Source: a virus (lineage: Duplodnaviria; Caudoviricetes). Taken from it: a stretch of DNA of 51,795 bases. The stretch spans positions 1-51,795 of IMG/VR virus record IMGVR_UViG_3300047201_000017. One strand, 5' to 3'. Numbering within the stretch: the first letter of the stretch is position 1; every line of letters begins with the position of its first letter. Of this stretch, positions 8,775 through 17,846 are shown in pieces. Under the pieces are notes generated by a model that did no database searches, was not told where the DNA came from, and saw only the letters and a program-made list of their open reading frames with translations. The translations under genes and the position numbers were made by a program.

Positions 8775-9125
8775 GGTTTTTTATTTTTCAGGAGATTTAT
8801 TATGTGTAGGATTTTTTATTCTTTCAAGATATTCATTAACCATTTTTTCTACCACAGGGTTAAGAACCAGAGGTGTTATCTCTTTGGGTTGTATCAATTT
8901 TTCATTCTCCGTTTGAAGTTTGATTATTTTTTGTTCTTGTTTCAACGTCTTATTCTCAAGTTTGAGTACTTTATTCTTAAGACCATCAATCTGTATTTGA
9001 AGTTTTATAATTTTTTGTTGAAGCGTTATTACCGTCTCTGGTTTGGGATTCGTGCTTTTTATTGGTTTGCTTTTCATGGTGTCCTCCTTGATCAAGATTT
9101 GGATTATTTAAATGATGATACACAA
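8719..9125 (-). mobile_element. Integron-type gene cassette (407 bp)
   Basis: Begins with TTGTGT after the upstream attC crossover G; its own R'' ACACAAC is the exact complement of GTTGTGT; a single SD-preceded ORF points toward its attC. Confidence 0.8.
8781..9077 (-). CDS. Cassette-borne 98-aa coiled-coil protein of unknown function
   Basis: SD AGGAGG (9088-9083), ATG 9077; heptad-rich QQKIIKLQ...KLENK; stop 6 nt before attC R''. Confidence 0.75.
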   Translation of the reverse strand: MKSKPIKSTNPKPETVITLQQKIIKLQIQIDGLKNKVLKLENKTLKQEQKIIKLQTENEKLIQPKEITPLVLNPVVEKMVNEYLERIKNPTHNKSPEK

Positions 9126-9176
9126 CGTAGAAATTAACCGTGGCTGTAAGCCATCGGTTGGATTGACTTGTTAGCA
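9120..9176 (-). mobile_element. attC: Second attC site (57 bp), orphan
   Basis: Minus strand: TGCTAAC AAGTC AATCCAACC GATGGCTTACAGCCAC GGTTAAT TTCTAC GTTGTGT; same AACAAGTCAATC arm as the first site; left arm one base longer than canonical. Confidence 0.75.
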
Positions 9177-9220
9177 GTTTTTAATAGAAAATTCTTATTT
9201 AGAATAATTTAGGAATTAAA

Positions 9221-11149
9221 ATGGAAGAACACAAATTCAAAGAAGACATTGAAAATGCAGTCGCAAGTATTGTTACTAACGAGTACAGTACTTCTAAGAC
9301 AAACCAGAACGCATCTAACTTAGAGTTTGAGTCTATTATAGACATCTTGGAATGCAAACGATCTGATAAAGATTATGATTGGATGGCGGATTACAAACTC
9401 AATGAATTGCCGTCTATAATTCTTACAGATGCGAGTGGGTGGGCAAACCAATACTTTCAGACAAGGGAATTTGTCAAGGCCAAATTAGAAGGTAATAACC
9501 CTGAAGATAAAGTAAAATGCCGTTCAGCCGAAAAGTTAATCAATACCATGCTTAACAATAGGGATATTCATCATTATCAAAAGTACATTCGTGGTCGAAC
9601 TATTAATTCTACATTTGGGCAGGTATATGCCGTATGTGAATGGAATCAGAAAACCAAACAGGTTATTGCAGGATATAAGGACGAATACGAAGCATTGAAT
9701 GTCGATACTGAAGGAAGGCCATTGGTTGATATGCAGAATCAGATTCCTGCGTATCGTACTAATAAGATTCCTGTTTACGAAACCGAACCAATCTATGATT
9801 TTTTCAATTATGATATTGTCGATCCAAGGAATGTGTTCACTGATGACAGGTATGTCTATTCCCTGCAAGATAAACGATACATAATAATTCGTAGTGAACG
9901 AACTTATGATGATTTAGTTGAGAACCAGGAGAAGTGTGGGTACATTAATCTCGATCTAGTAAAAGAAGCTATTAAGAACATTGGCGGGACGGAAACGTCT
10001 AAGGAAACGGTAAAAAAGAACGAGGATACTAGCGATGCGAACAAGACTCCTATTAAACCATTTGACACTATTGAACGGTGGGGAAAGTTTCCTTGTATAT
10101 CGAACAAGAACGAAATATCTCCTGGATATGACGCTTTTGGAGATAGGTTAGACAAATCGGAATTGAAAGAGTGCATTATTACTTTTGTTATTACTGGAAA
10201 CACTAAAATACTTATTAGGTTTCAGTTGAATCCGTACATAGACAGTAAGGGAAGAACATATAGACCAATAGTAAGAGGTCTTTGCTACATCCATCCAACC
10301 AAAGATACTGGTATTGGCGATGGCAAGTACCTTCGTGAGTCTGAGAAAGCCATTAACGATATGTTCAATATGGCTATGGATAGAACTAAACTAGCTACTT
10401 TGCCTACTCTTAAAGCCAGAAAGTTTTCCTTAGAAGGTAATACTTCTATTTTCTTTGCACCAGAAAACGTCATGGAAGTTGAGAATCCTGACGATATACA
10501 GGAGTTCAAGATAAGCGACGATATCCAAGGCGCATTGGAAATGATCAATATGCTCATGGGTAAGGGACATCAAGTAACGAGTGTTTATCCCGCATCTATG
10601 GGAGACATACCCGAAAAGGCATCTACGACAGCTACGGCATTCGCCGGTGCTCAAAGCAGTAGCAATATTCGTAGTAATTACAAGTCGCTTACGTACGAGT
10701 ACACATTCCATTCCGAGTTCTATTGGATGATGTTGCAGATGACGTACCAGTTCTGCCATCCCAAGACGGCATACGAACTGATGGGCGATGATGCACCTGA
10801 CTTCGATCCAAATCAGGACTACAATTATACTCCTGTATCGTCCAATATTGAGACTGAGTACAATAAGTACAACAAACTCAAGATGATAGACCAGTTTGTT
10901 GGCAGAGTAGTCAATGTTCCTAATCCTAATACTCCAAAGCTATTGAACTATCTGTTGAAGATGGCATTTGAGTTGTTTGACAAGGAATTTCCCGACTATA
11001 AAGAACATCTATTAGACGAGACTGTTCCGCCACCGATGGAAGGTCAGCAGGCAACGAGTAATCAGCCTAAGAATATAGGACAACCTCCGGTCAGCAACCA
11101 GAATATGCAACCAATGGGGTTACTTGAACAGTCTGTTAGGGGTATGTAG
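9221..11149 (+). CDS. Portal protein (P22/T7-like podovirus type)
   Basis: 642 aa after TerL; DPRNVFTD, GIGDGKYLRE..KAINDMFN, TATA motif, Gln/Pro-rich tail. Confidence 0.85.
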   Translation: MEEHKFKEDIENAVASIVTNEYSTSKTNQNASNLEFESIIDILECKRSDKDYDWMADYKLNELPSIILTDASGWANQYFQTREFVKAKLEGNNPEDKVKCRSAEKLINTMLNNRDIHHYQKYIRGRTINSTFGQVYAVCEWNQKTKQVIAGYKDEYEALNVDTEGRPLVDMQNQIPAYRTNKIPVYETEPIYDFFNYDIVDPRNVFTDDRYVYSLQDKRYIIIRSERTYDDLVENQEKCGYINLDLVKEAIKNIGGTETSKETVKKNEDTSDANKTPIKPFDTIERWGKFPCISNKNEISPGYDAFGDRLDKSELKECIITFVITGNTKILIRFQLNPYIDSKGRTYRPIVRGLCYIHPTKDTGIGDGKYLRESEKAINDMFNMAMDRTKLATLPTLKARKFSLEGNTSIFFAPENVMEVENPDDIQEFKISDDIQGALEMINMLMGKGHQVTSVYPASMGDIPEKASTTATAFAGAQSSSNIRSNYKSLTYEYTFHSEFYWMMLQMTYQFCHPKTAYELMGDDAPDFDPNQDYNYTPVSSNIETEYNKYNKLKMIDQFVGRVVNVPNPNTPKLLNYLLKMAFELFDKEFPDYKEHLLDETVPPPMEGQQATSNQPKNIGQPPVSNQNMQPMGLLEQSVRGM

Positions 11150-11478
11150 TGGATACATTTAATTTTAATATAACCTTATCTGAAGTAGAAAGGTATAAAG
11201 ACATTGCAGGTAAACGTGGTGCAATGATTTTATCTACACTTGGCAAACTCCATCCTCAAATTAATGTTATTCTTAACCATGATATCGGTAAGCAATTGTT
11301 AAGTGATGACATTGACAGAATGGACGACTTATTAACTAAAATCTACAAACAGAAAGCAAACGATATGGAGATGGCAGAGTTTCGATATCTTAAAGACAAG
11401 CGTATACCAGATGTGTTAAAGAAGTTGAAGACATATTTGGAAAAGATCAAGGAAATCAAGGATACCCTTAGCAAGTGA
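11149..11478 (+). CDS. Hypothetical protein between portal and scaffold
   Basis: Helical 109-aa ORF, coupled to portal stop. Confidence 0.65.
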   Translation: MDTFNFNITLSEVERYKDIAGKRGAMILSTLGKLHPQINVILNHDIGKQLLSDDIDRMDDLLTKIYKQKANDMEMAEFRYLKDKRIPDVLKKLKTYLEKIKEIKDTLSK

Positions 11479-11600
11479 TTAATAAGTTATTTGACTTAAT
11501 AAAGAAACTGTGTGAAAGTAAATTTTATGGCAGTCTTGAAATCAAGTTCGAGGCAGGCAATATTGTAATATGCAAGAAGACAGAGACTATTAAGTTTTAG
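11475..11600 (+). CDS. Small YezD/DUF2292-like protein (41 aa, not in ORF track)
   Basis: MINKLFDLIKKLCESKFYGSLEIKFEAGNIVICKKTETIKF*; FYGSLEIKFEAG..V...KTE pattern. Confidence 0.6.
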   Translation: MINKLFDLIKKLCESKFYGSLEIKFEAGNIVICKKTETIKF

Positions 11601-11626
11601 TTTAATATAAGGCTATTAGAACAACT

Positions 11627-11668
11627 AAGGTCGTAGGTACTACAAGTTAGTATCACGGCCTTTTTTAT
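11627..11668 (+). terminator. Intrinsic terminator-like hairpin before the scaffold gene
   Basis: AAGGTCGT...ACGGCCTT stem followed by a T-run. Confidence 0.6.
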
Positions 11669-11694
11669 TATCAAAACGAAAGGAGTATTACACA

Positions 11695-12513
11695 ATGGCA
11701 GATCCTGTGGACAGCAAAGCATCTGAACAGCCGGATAAGAAGCAATCCGTTTCCGATTCTGAGATTGATGCCGCTTATCAGGACTTAATCAAAGGTGAAG
11801 GTTCCCCTGCGGAATCTGAAAAGGTCGAAACTAAAGTTGAAGGAGAAGTGAAACTAGATGTTCAACCTACTATACCTGAGGATCAAGCTGAACGGACACG
11901 CCTTGGTCGTAGAGTTAAGAAGGTTGAAGAATCTCTTGACACTATTCTTCATAAGTTAGATCAAATTGGTCAAGTACGAATGCCGAGTCAACAGCAAGTC
12001 GATACTACGGATAGTGGTGAACTTCCTGAATTTGTATCTACTCCTGCTGATGTAGAACGTGTCTTGGATGTGAGGGATCGCAAAAGACAATCGGCAATAG
12101 AATTGTATCAGACCAACTACGCTAAGGCAATTGGCAAGATGGAGAACGAGATAGAAGATCCTAAACTTGCCGAAGAGGTTATTACTGAGATATTTAGTAA
12201 CCCTCAAGCATTTAATAAGATTCTGTCTGAGAATCCATCTTTCGATGCGGAAGTCAACTTTAACAAGGCTATGGCATCGGTACTTAGGAAAAAACTGGCT
12301 GTGCCACTTAAACCTAAACCGAACGTCAAAGGCGAGACTCCAATTGCACCTACTGGTACTACAGTAGGATCTACTTCTAAGGGTGCCGTTGAGGCACCAA
12401 TAGAACTGGATGAATTTGCAAAAGAGTTTGTTAAAGCAACAGGGATGTCTCCTGAAAGTGTCAAAACTGCATTATCCGGCGAAATTCCATTAGGACTTGT
12501 TCGAGGTAAATAA
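11695..12513 (+). CDS. Capsid scaffolding protein
   Basis: Acidic, low-complexity N-terminus, coiled coil, position between portal and capsid genes. Confidence 0.7.
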   Translation: MADPVDSKASEQPDKKQSVSDSEIDAAYQDLIKGEGSPAESEKVETKVEGEVKLDVQPTIPEDQAERTRLGRRVKKVEESLDTILHKLDQIGQVRMPSQQQVDTTDSGELPEFVSTPADVERVLDVRDRKRQSAIELYQTNYAKAIGKMENEIEDPKLAEEVITEIFSNPQAFNKILSENPSFDAEVNFNKAMASVLRKKLAVPLKPKPNVKGETPIAPTGTTVGSTSKGAVEAPIELDEFAKEFVKATGMSPESVKTALSGEIPLGLVRGK

Positions 12514-12794
12514 TGCCTTCTGACTGGTCAAGACATTCCGTTTATTCCGAACGCAAATTGCCAAGGCAAAAACGTTCTCTCCCTATTTATGGCGAGAGAG
12601 AGGATGCCAACAAGTATTGGCATTGTTGGAATTGCGGGTTCGTATGCAACATCCAGCGTGACACACTAGACACTGGTGCTCATGCGACTGCAGGTGTGTC
12701 GGTAGGAACGTTTACCGATACGGATGGTTCAACACATTACGTTACCACAATTACGGGTGGTTGCCCGTTTTGTGGAACACGAAACTGGAAATAA
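12513..12794 (+). CDS. Small zinc-ribbon protein
   Basis: CWNC and CPFC pairs. Confidence 0.65.
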   Translation: MPSDWSRHSVYSERKLPRQKRSLPIYGEREDANKYWHCWNCGFVCNIQRDTLDTGAHATAGVSVGTFTDTDGSTHYVTTITGGCPFCGTRNWK

Positions 12795-12807
12795 ACGGAG
12801 GTTTAAC

Positions 12808-13632
12808 ATGTTTCAAGTAATTCGAGGGTCTCCGGCTAGAATGTGGTATCACGTTGACTGTGCCGACCGCTCTACCTATGAGACTCTTTATATCGGCCAG
12901 CTTGTCACTCCTGGTTATGACGGTGCGTTTTGCGATGCTGTCATGAACCTTGGACAGGCTACGGGTATCAATGCTACAACTTACAAGAAACAACCATTTG
13001 GAGTTGTCATTGGTACTAATTTAAGAACACCGGGATTTTCTACAACTTCTAATAGCGACTATATTACTGCGGTTGATCCTCACTCTTCTACTACCGAGTT
13101 TGCTGGTGGTGAAGGTCCGTATGCCGTAAGGGGAGATCATTCCGCAATGGTAGAAGTCGCTTTGATTGATCCATGCACCGTTCTCAAAGGCGATTTGAGA
13201 AATGCAGCCATCGGGACTGGTCCTACTGTTAGAACCGTATCGACTGCTTCTACTACTGGTGCAGGGTTTACGGTATCGGCAGCATTTGACTTTACTACTC
13301 CAGTAGCCAATTTAACTACAGTATATTGTCGTAGTGGAGCCAATATGGGTATCTACAGAGATACAACCGATACCAGTTCTACGGTTGTAACGACAGATCA
13401 GTATTTCCCCTATGATATTGCAGTTGGTGACACTTTTGTTCGTGTTCCTCTACGTATGGTAGGAAATTCCTATGTCCAGACGGATGCAGAAGCGTTGTAT
13501 TTCAACACAGCGGCGAATCCTGCAACTAACTACTGGACAATCCAGGTGATTCATCTGGATCTATCTACTGCCAATCAGGAGTATGTCGTATTCAGATTTG
13601 ACGGCGACCACTTCTGTGCGGTCAGAGCTTAG
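12808..13632 (+). CDS. Putative capsid cement/decoration protein
   Basis: SD GGAGG before ATG 12808; beta-rich; immediately upstream of the major capsid gene. Confidence 0.6.
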   Translation: MFQVIRGSPARMWYHVDCADRSTYETLYIGQLVTPGYDGAFCDAVMNLGQATGINATTYKKQPFGVVIGTNLRTPGFSTTSNSDYITAVDPHSSTTEFAGGEGPYAVRGDHSAMVEVALIDPCTVLKGDLRNAAIGTGPTVRTVSTASTTGAGFTVSAAFDFTTPVANLTTVYCRSGANMGIYRDTTDTSSTVVTTDQYFPYDIAVGDTFVRVPLRMVGNSYVQTDAEALYFNTAANPATNYWTIQVIHLDLSTANQEYVVFRFDGDHFCAVRA

Positions 13633-13647
13633 GGGAGGTGATATAAC

Positions 13648-14574
13648 ATGAACCCAATGACATCAACTCAATTCATGCGTTTGCTGGACAAACGCCTGCG
13701 TGAAGTCACCGAAGGTCGATATGCTGACCTTCATAAGAAGTATTCTATGATAGACACTCTTTACCGCAAAGTTCAGTCAGACAGTGCGTTTGAAGAGTTC
13801 TATGATATTGGATCACTGCCTGACATTCCTGAGTTCACTGGCAAACTGGAGTACCTCTCGGTTGCTCCTGGATACCATATCAAGGTAGAACCCAAGGAAT
13901 ATGCTGGTGCGACCCAGTATGAACGTAAACTTCTGGACGACAAGAAGTATCCGGCGTTAGATTCTAGGGCAGAAGCACTTGCCGAGTCGTACCATCGTGT
14001 CGAAGAGAAGTTTGCCGCTAGACCGTTTGCGTATGCTTTTAGTAACTCGTTTGACTTTATGACGAGTGAGGAGAACCTTAGTCTATGCAATACGGCACAT
14101 ACAACCAAGTCTGGAACGTCTACTGCAAACGGGTTTTCTAATGCTGGTACTTCGGCATTGAGCAAGACTTCAGTAGCCGCAACTAGAATCCTGATGCGTA
14201 AGTTCAGGAACGACGTTTCCGAACGCATTATCATCAATCCTGACACTTTGATTGTGCCAGACAATCTTGTTTATACTGCAACGGAAATTGTAGGGACTGA
14301 AAAGGGACTGAACTCCGCTGAAGGTACGATTAACGTACATTACAAACAGTTCAAGGTTATTCCTTATCTTCGTTTGGATGACTATGACACTAACAACTGG
14401 TTCATGGTTGATATGGAACTGATGAAGAAACTCTTGATCTGGATTAATCGAATTTCTCCTGAGACAAATAACACTATAGATTGGGAAACCTTTATGATTA
14501 AGGAATCCATCTATGGTAGGTTCGGTAATGGGTTTTTAGATTGGCGTTTCGTCTATGGCCACAATGTTTCATAA
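13648..14574 (+). CDS. Major capsid protein (Mu gpT-like, HK97 fold)
   Basis: 308 aa; PDTLIVPDNL, PYL...NNWF, RFGNGFLDWRFVYG end typical of gpT-like capsids. Confidence 0.85.
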   Translation: MNPMTSTQFMRLLDKRLREVTEGRYADLHKKYSMIDTLYRKVQSDSAFEEFYDIGSLPDIPEFTGKLEYLSVAPGYHIKVEPKEYAGATQYERKLLDDKKYPALDSRAEALAESYHRVEEKFAARPFAYAFSNSFDFMTSEENLSLCNTAHTTKSGTSTANGFSNAGTSALSKTSVAATRILMRKFRNDVSERIIINPDTLIVPDNLVYTATEIVGTEKGLNSAEGTINVHYKQFKVIPYLRLDDYDTNNWFMVDMELMKKLLIWINRISPETNNTIDWETFMIKESIYGRFGNGFLDWRFVYGHNVS

Positions 14575-14599
14575 TATCAAGGACTTACATTAACTAACG

Positions 14600-14690
14600 G
14601 GAGAGGGTATCCTGACGAGGGAACTCTCTCCAACAATGGGTAAGTGGAGGGTGCGATTCCCCTAACCATATCATAAGACAGGGATATGGT
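14600..14690 (+). ncRNA. Structured intergenic element downstream of the capsid gene
   Basis: Hairpins GGAGAG...CTCTCC, GGG-TGCGATT-CCC (T-loop-like) and ACCATATC...GATATGGT. Confidence 0.4.
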
Positions 14691-14710
14691 CCTAATATAA
14701 GGAGTTCAAG

Positions 14711-15670
14711 ATGAGTATTACAAGATTTCCACATGGAGTTTCAAGTTTTGGTGTTCCCTTAGTTGGGAGTAGGTTTTCAAATCCTTGGACAACCCATTAC
14801 TTTGTGGATGGTGATAGTGGAAGTGATGGTAGTGTAGGGACTACTCCAGAAGATGCATTTAAAACCATTCAGAAAGCAATAACTATATCATCTGCTGGAG
14901 ATGTTATCTACATTCGTCCGAAGACATACACTATAGGAACTGGCTTCGCACGTTACAGCGAAGATGTATCAGTTACTCTTGGTGGTGGTGGTGGAAGTGG
15001 GGTTACTGCTACGAATGCAAACAAGTCCCTTATAGGTGTAACACAGCGCACTAGACCATCGGACTTTCTTGGTGTGCGATGGACATTTGCAACCGCAACA
15101 CAACTTACCGTTGATGCTCCCGCTCTTCATATAGAGAACATTGGTTTCTTTTCTGAACTAGGCACCTATACGATTAACCTGCGTAACAATGGAGCTACTT
15201 GGACACAACAAGGATCTGCTGGATTTTCAATCTATAACTGTGAAGTAAAAGGCGAAGCAAAACTCTATTCTGATGGTGGAGATGGCATCCAGATTGTGAA
15301 TTGCAGATTCCAGTCGAAGTATGATGGTACTACTGGTGGAATACAGTTAGTCGGTTCATCCAATCAGGTTAAAAGAGCAGTTATTCAGGCTTGTGAATTT
15401 ATTGGTGGCAACTCCTACAATATGGCTACTGCGCCAATAAACACTGCCGCTCCTTGTTGGGACCTGATAATTCGGGATTGCTACTTCAGTGTTGACACCG
15501 ATACCGTTTACATGGTGATTGCAGGAACATCCAATACCGGGATGGTAGCGAACTGCTACTTCGGTTCGGCTGATATTAATGCCCTATGTACTGGTCTTGT
15601 TGCTGGCACATCTGGTGTATTTGGTACTGCTTTGTATGACGAAGCTGGAATTGATAGTTTTGCTTCGTAA
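14711..15670 (+). CDS. Pectin-lyase-like beta-helix virion protein (head spike/fiber)
   Basis: MSITRFPHGVSSFG N-terminus; YFVDGDSGSDG..GTTPEDAFKTIQKAI...GDVIYI; periodic NC/F repeats. Confidence 0.75.
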   Translation: MSITRFPHGVSSFGVPLVGSRFSNPWTTHYFVDGDSGSDGSVGTTPEDAFKTIQKAITISSAGDVIYIRPKTYTIGTGFARYSEDVSVTLGGGGGSGVTATNANKSLIGVTQRTRPSDFLGVRWTFATATQLTVDAPALHIENIGFFSELGTYTINLRNNGATWTQQGSAGFSIYNCEVKGEAKLYSDGGDGIQIVNCRFQSKYDGTTGGIQLVGSSNQVKRAVIQACEFIGGNSYNMATAPINTAAPCWDLIIRDCYFSVDTDTVYMVIAGTSNTGMVANCYFGSADINALCTGLVAGTSGVFGTALYDEAGIDSFAS

Positions 15671-15685
15671 CAATTTAGCAAAAAC

Positions 15686-15713
15686 AAGGGACGGGGAAAC
15701 TCGTCCCTTATTT
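15686..15713 (+). terminator. Hairpin/terminator
   Basis: AAGGGACG-GGGAAACT-CGTCCCTT followed by ATTT. Confidence 0.5.
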
Positions 15714-15729
15714 GAAAGGGAGAAGAAAA

Positions 15730-15867
15730 ATGTTAAAGAAAGAAATAAAAAAAGTAAAAACCCGTGAGGAAATTTTGGAATCTCTAAAGACTGCCGAAAT
15801 GGAAGAGGGTAGAGTTGGTCTTGTTGAAAAGTTTTTAGAAGAGGAAAAGAATGCAAAGAAAAGGTGA
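15730..15867 (+). CDS. Small charged hypothetical protein (45 aa)
   Basis: SD GGGAG; MLKKEIKKVKTREEILESLK... Confidence 0.45.
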   Translation: MLKKEIKKVKTREEILESLKTAEMEEGRVGLVEKFLEEEKNAKKR

Positions 15868-15991
15868 AGAAAAGAAGGTTCAGCCGAAAAAAGATAAATC
15901 CTTAGAGAAATTTAAAGAAGTTAGAAAGTACATAAATAGGATTGACTTCTTGCGATTCAGGAATGGCAATCTAATTATCAAGGGGGGATAA
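15851..15991 (+). CDS. Small hypothetical protein (46 aa)
   Basis: SD GAGGA; MQRKGEEKK...IIKGG*. Confidence 0.4.
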   Translation: MQRKGEEKKVQPKKDKSLEKFKEVRKYINRIDFLRFRNGNLIIKGG

Positions 15992-15995
15992 TCTT

Positions 15996-16196
15996 ATTCA
16001 CATTATAATTAAGGGCAAGCACGATCACTTTGGCAAAACCCGTTCTGAGCAAGAAGAGAATATGCGGAAAGAATGGGGAACGACTATCACTGACGAACAG
16101 TTAGATAAGTTGAAATATCTTGAACGCAAAATAAAGGATTCGAGTGGGCAGACTAAAAACTTTATTCGAGGACAGGATATAGACAAGATTAAATAA
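15996..16196 (+). CDS. Hypothetical protein, probable non-AUG start (ATT; first ATG only at 16062)
   Basis: SD-like AGGGGGGA 15981-15988; open frame IHIIIKGKHDHFGK...IDKIK*. Confidence 0.4.
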   Translation: MHIIIKGKHDHFGKTRSEQEENMRKEWGTTITDEQLDKLKYLERKIKDSSGQTKNFIRGQDIDKIK

Positions 16197-16228
16197 TTAC
16201 TAAGAACTAAAAGGATAAAAATAGGTAA

Positions 16229-16627
16229 ATGTCTAACCAAAACACAGTTACTGGCAAAGTAGTAAGTTCCATTTCTGTTGTTAGCAAAAGTGTGCCACCT
16301 GTCAAAAAGGCATCTCGTGTAACTGTGATAGTAAACCCAGCATCGACTGTTGCTTCTTCAACTTCGTTTGGTGCATCCGCAGACGTGGGTACTTCTACTT
16401 CTTATGCAAGAGAAGATCATACACATGGCACTCCAACTGATCCCGTGCCTGAACATGCGTTATTGGATACTGGCATACATGGAGTTGGCGATAGCACAGT
16501 AGACAGCGTTGAAGCGAGAGATGAAGAACTTGAGGAATTGGCCTTAATACAAGAAGAACATAATATCCAGGACATGTTAGCTCATGAGCGACACAGTTCT
16601 GGCATTAGAGGTTATGAAAATCGTTAA
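16229..16627 (+). CDS. Putative fiber-associated structural protein
   Basis: GTSTSYAREDHTHG motif typical of phage fiber repeats. Confidence 0.55.
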   Translation: MSNQNTVTGKVVSSISVVSKSVPPVKKASRVTVIVNPASTVASSTSFGASADVGTSTSYAREDHTHGTPTDPVPEHALLDTGIHGVGDSTVDSVEARDEELEELALIQEEHNIQDMLAHERHSSGIRGYENR

Positions 16628-16647
16628 TACGAAAGGAGTGATTTAAA

Positions 16648-17274
16648 ATGTTAAGTGAAGGAAGGACTGGATTAATAAGTGCTTCGGATGGAACAGTAAA
16701 TCCACTACGATTGGACAACACTGGAGCGATAACTATCGTTTCTGCTCATCCACTGTATTCAGAAGCAAGTATTCGTGGAAAGATGTTTACAGCATCTATT
16801 GCCGTTGCAGGAGTAGCCCCAGGAACAGCACTAAGCACGACTCCACCAATGGCAGTATTGAATCCATTAAACTCAGGATACAACCTTGCTGTTCTTAAAA
16901 CCTCAATTGGATATGTTTCCGGTACTTTAGGTGCAGGAAGTATTGTGTATGCTTTTGTTACTCCACAGGCAACCGTACCTACTGGTGGAACGGAACTGAC
17001 TCCAGTAAGTGATCTGATAGGCCAAATAAGGGGAGCTGGCAGGGCATTTTCTGGTTCCACACTTTCCGGTACTCCACTCATTATTAGACCAGCATACAAC
17101 ATGGGTGCTGCCCTCGCAACGACTGCACTTGGGGTTTCTGTTTGTCAGGACTTAGTAGAAGGCGAAATAATGATTCCCCCAGCGACCTGTTTCGTTATGC
17201 AGGGAGTGGCGGCAGCAGGAACTACACCATTAGTAATATTATCAGTAGTTTGGGAAGAGATGCTAATAGCATAG
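16648..17274 (+). CDS. Putative virion structural protein
   Basis: Strong SD; Ala/Gly/Thr-rich beta-sandwich ending in VVWEE. Confidence 0.55.
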   Translation: MLSEGRTGLISASDGTVNPLRLDNTGAITIVSAHPLYSEASIRGKMFTASIAVAGVAPGTALSTTPPMAVLNPLNSGYNLAVLKTSIGYVSGTLGAGSIVYAFVTPQATVPTGGTELTPVSDLIGQIRGAGRAFSGSTLSGTPLIIRPAYNMGAALATTALGVSVCQDLVEGEIMIPPATCFVMQGVAAAGTTPLVILSVVWEEMLIA

Positions 17275-17314
17275 AATAAAATAGCATAAACTAAGAAAGG
17301 AAAGGGATAACCTA

Positions 17315-17845
17315 ATGAAAGTATTTGGTGATGTAGACAGGACTGATAAGGGCAAAATCAAGTCAGAGTTTCCAGCATGGTACTATCCACAGCAAATAGA
17401 CGAACTCAAAGAATCTATTCGCCACAAGGAACGACTGATCGAACAGGACATGGTTCCTGCTAGCGAGAAGCAAATTACCAAGTCTAGATTGGCACAAGAG
17501 AAAGAACGATTAACCAAAATAGAAGAACACATGCCTAAATTGACTGCAACTGAGCAGGATTCTGTTCATAAGATGACTAAGGAACTAGGCAATAAGATTG
17601 GCATATCCATGTTTAGTCGATCTGAGATGGAACGTGGTACTGCGGACGCACATGAAGAAGCACGAAGGATGTCTGAGCCGTGTATTGAGATTAAGACTGA
17701 GGCGGAAGTCGAACTTGCCAAAGAGTGTAACATAAGTATCAAGAATGGCAAAGTCAGTCGTGATGAAGCATCTAAGATGTGGAAACTTAGTCGAAGGATG
17801 TTAGGTGAGATGTCCAATGTAGAAATACTAAGACGGGATAAATAA
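17315..17845 (+). CDS. Hypothetical helical protein
   Basis: 176-aa ORF in late operon. Confidence 0.6.
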   Translation: MKVFGDVDRTDKGKIKSEFPAWYYPQQIDELKESIRHKERLIEQDMVPASEKQITKSRLAQEKERLTKIEEHMPKLTATEQDSVHKMTKELGNKIGISMFSRSEMERGTADAHEEARRMSEPCIEIKTEAEVELAKECNISIKNGKVSRDEASKMWKLSRRMLGEMSNVEILRRDK

Positions 17846-17846
17846 C

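Noticed and set aside
8757-9137. 126-aa plus-strand Phe/Leu-rich ORF between terL and portal
   Set aside because: Antisense shadow of the cassette gene; it starts and ends inside the attC sites and has no SD.
14610-14632. CTGACGAG resembling a hammerhead ribozyme core
   Set aside because: No stem II followed by GAAA; the motif is simply a hairpin loop.
14640-14670. Possible tRNA (T-arm-like GGGTGCGATTCCC)
   Set aside because: No acceptor, D or anticodon arms; no tRNA gene was recognised anywhere in the window.
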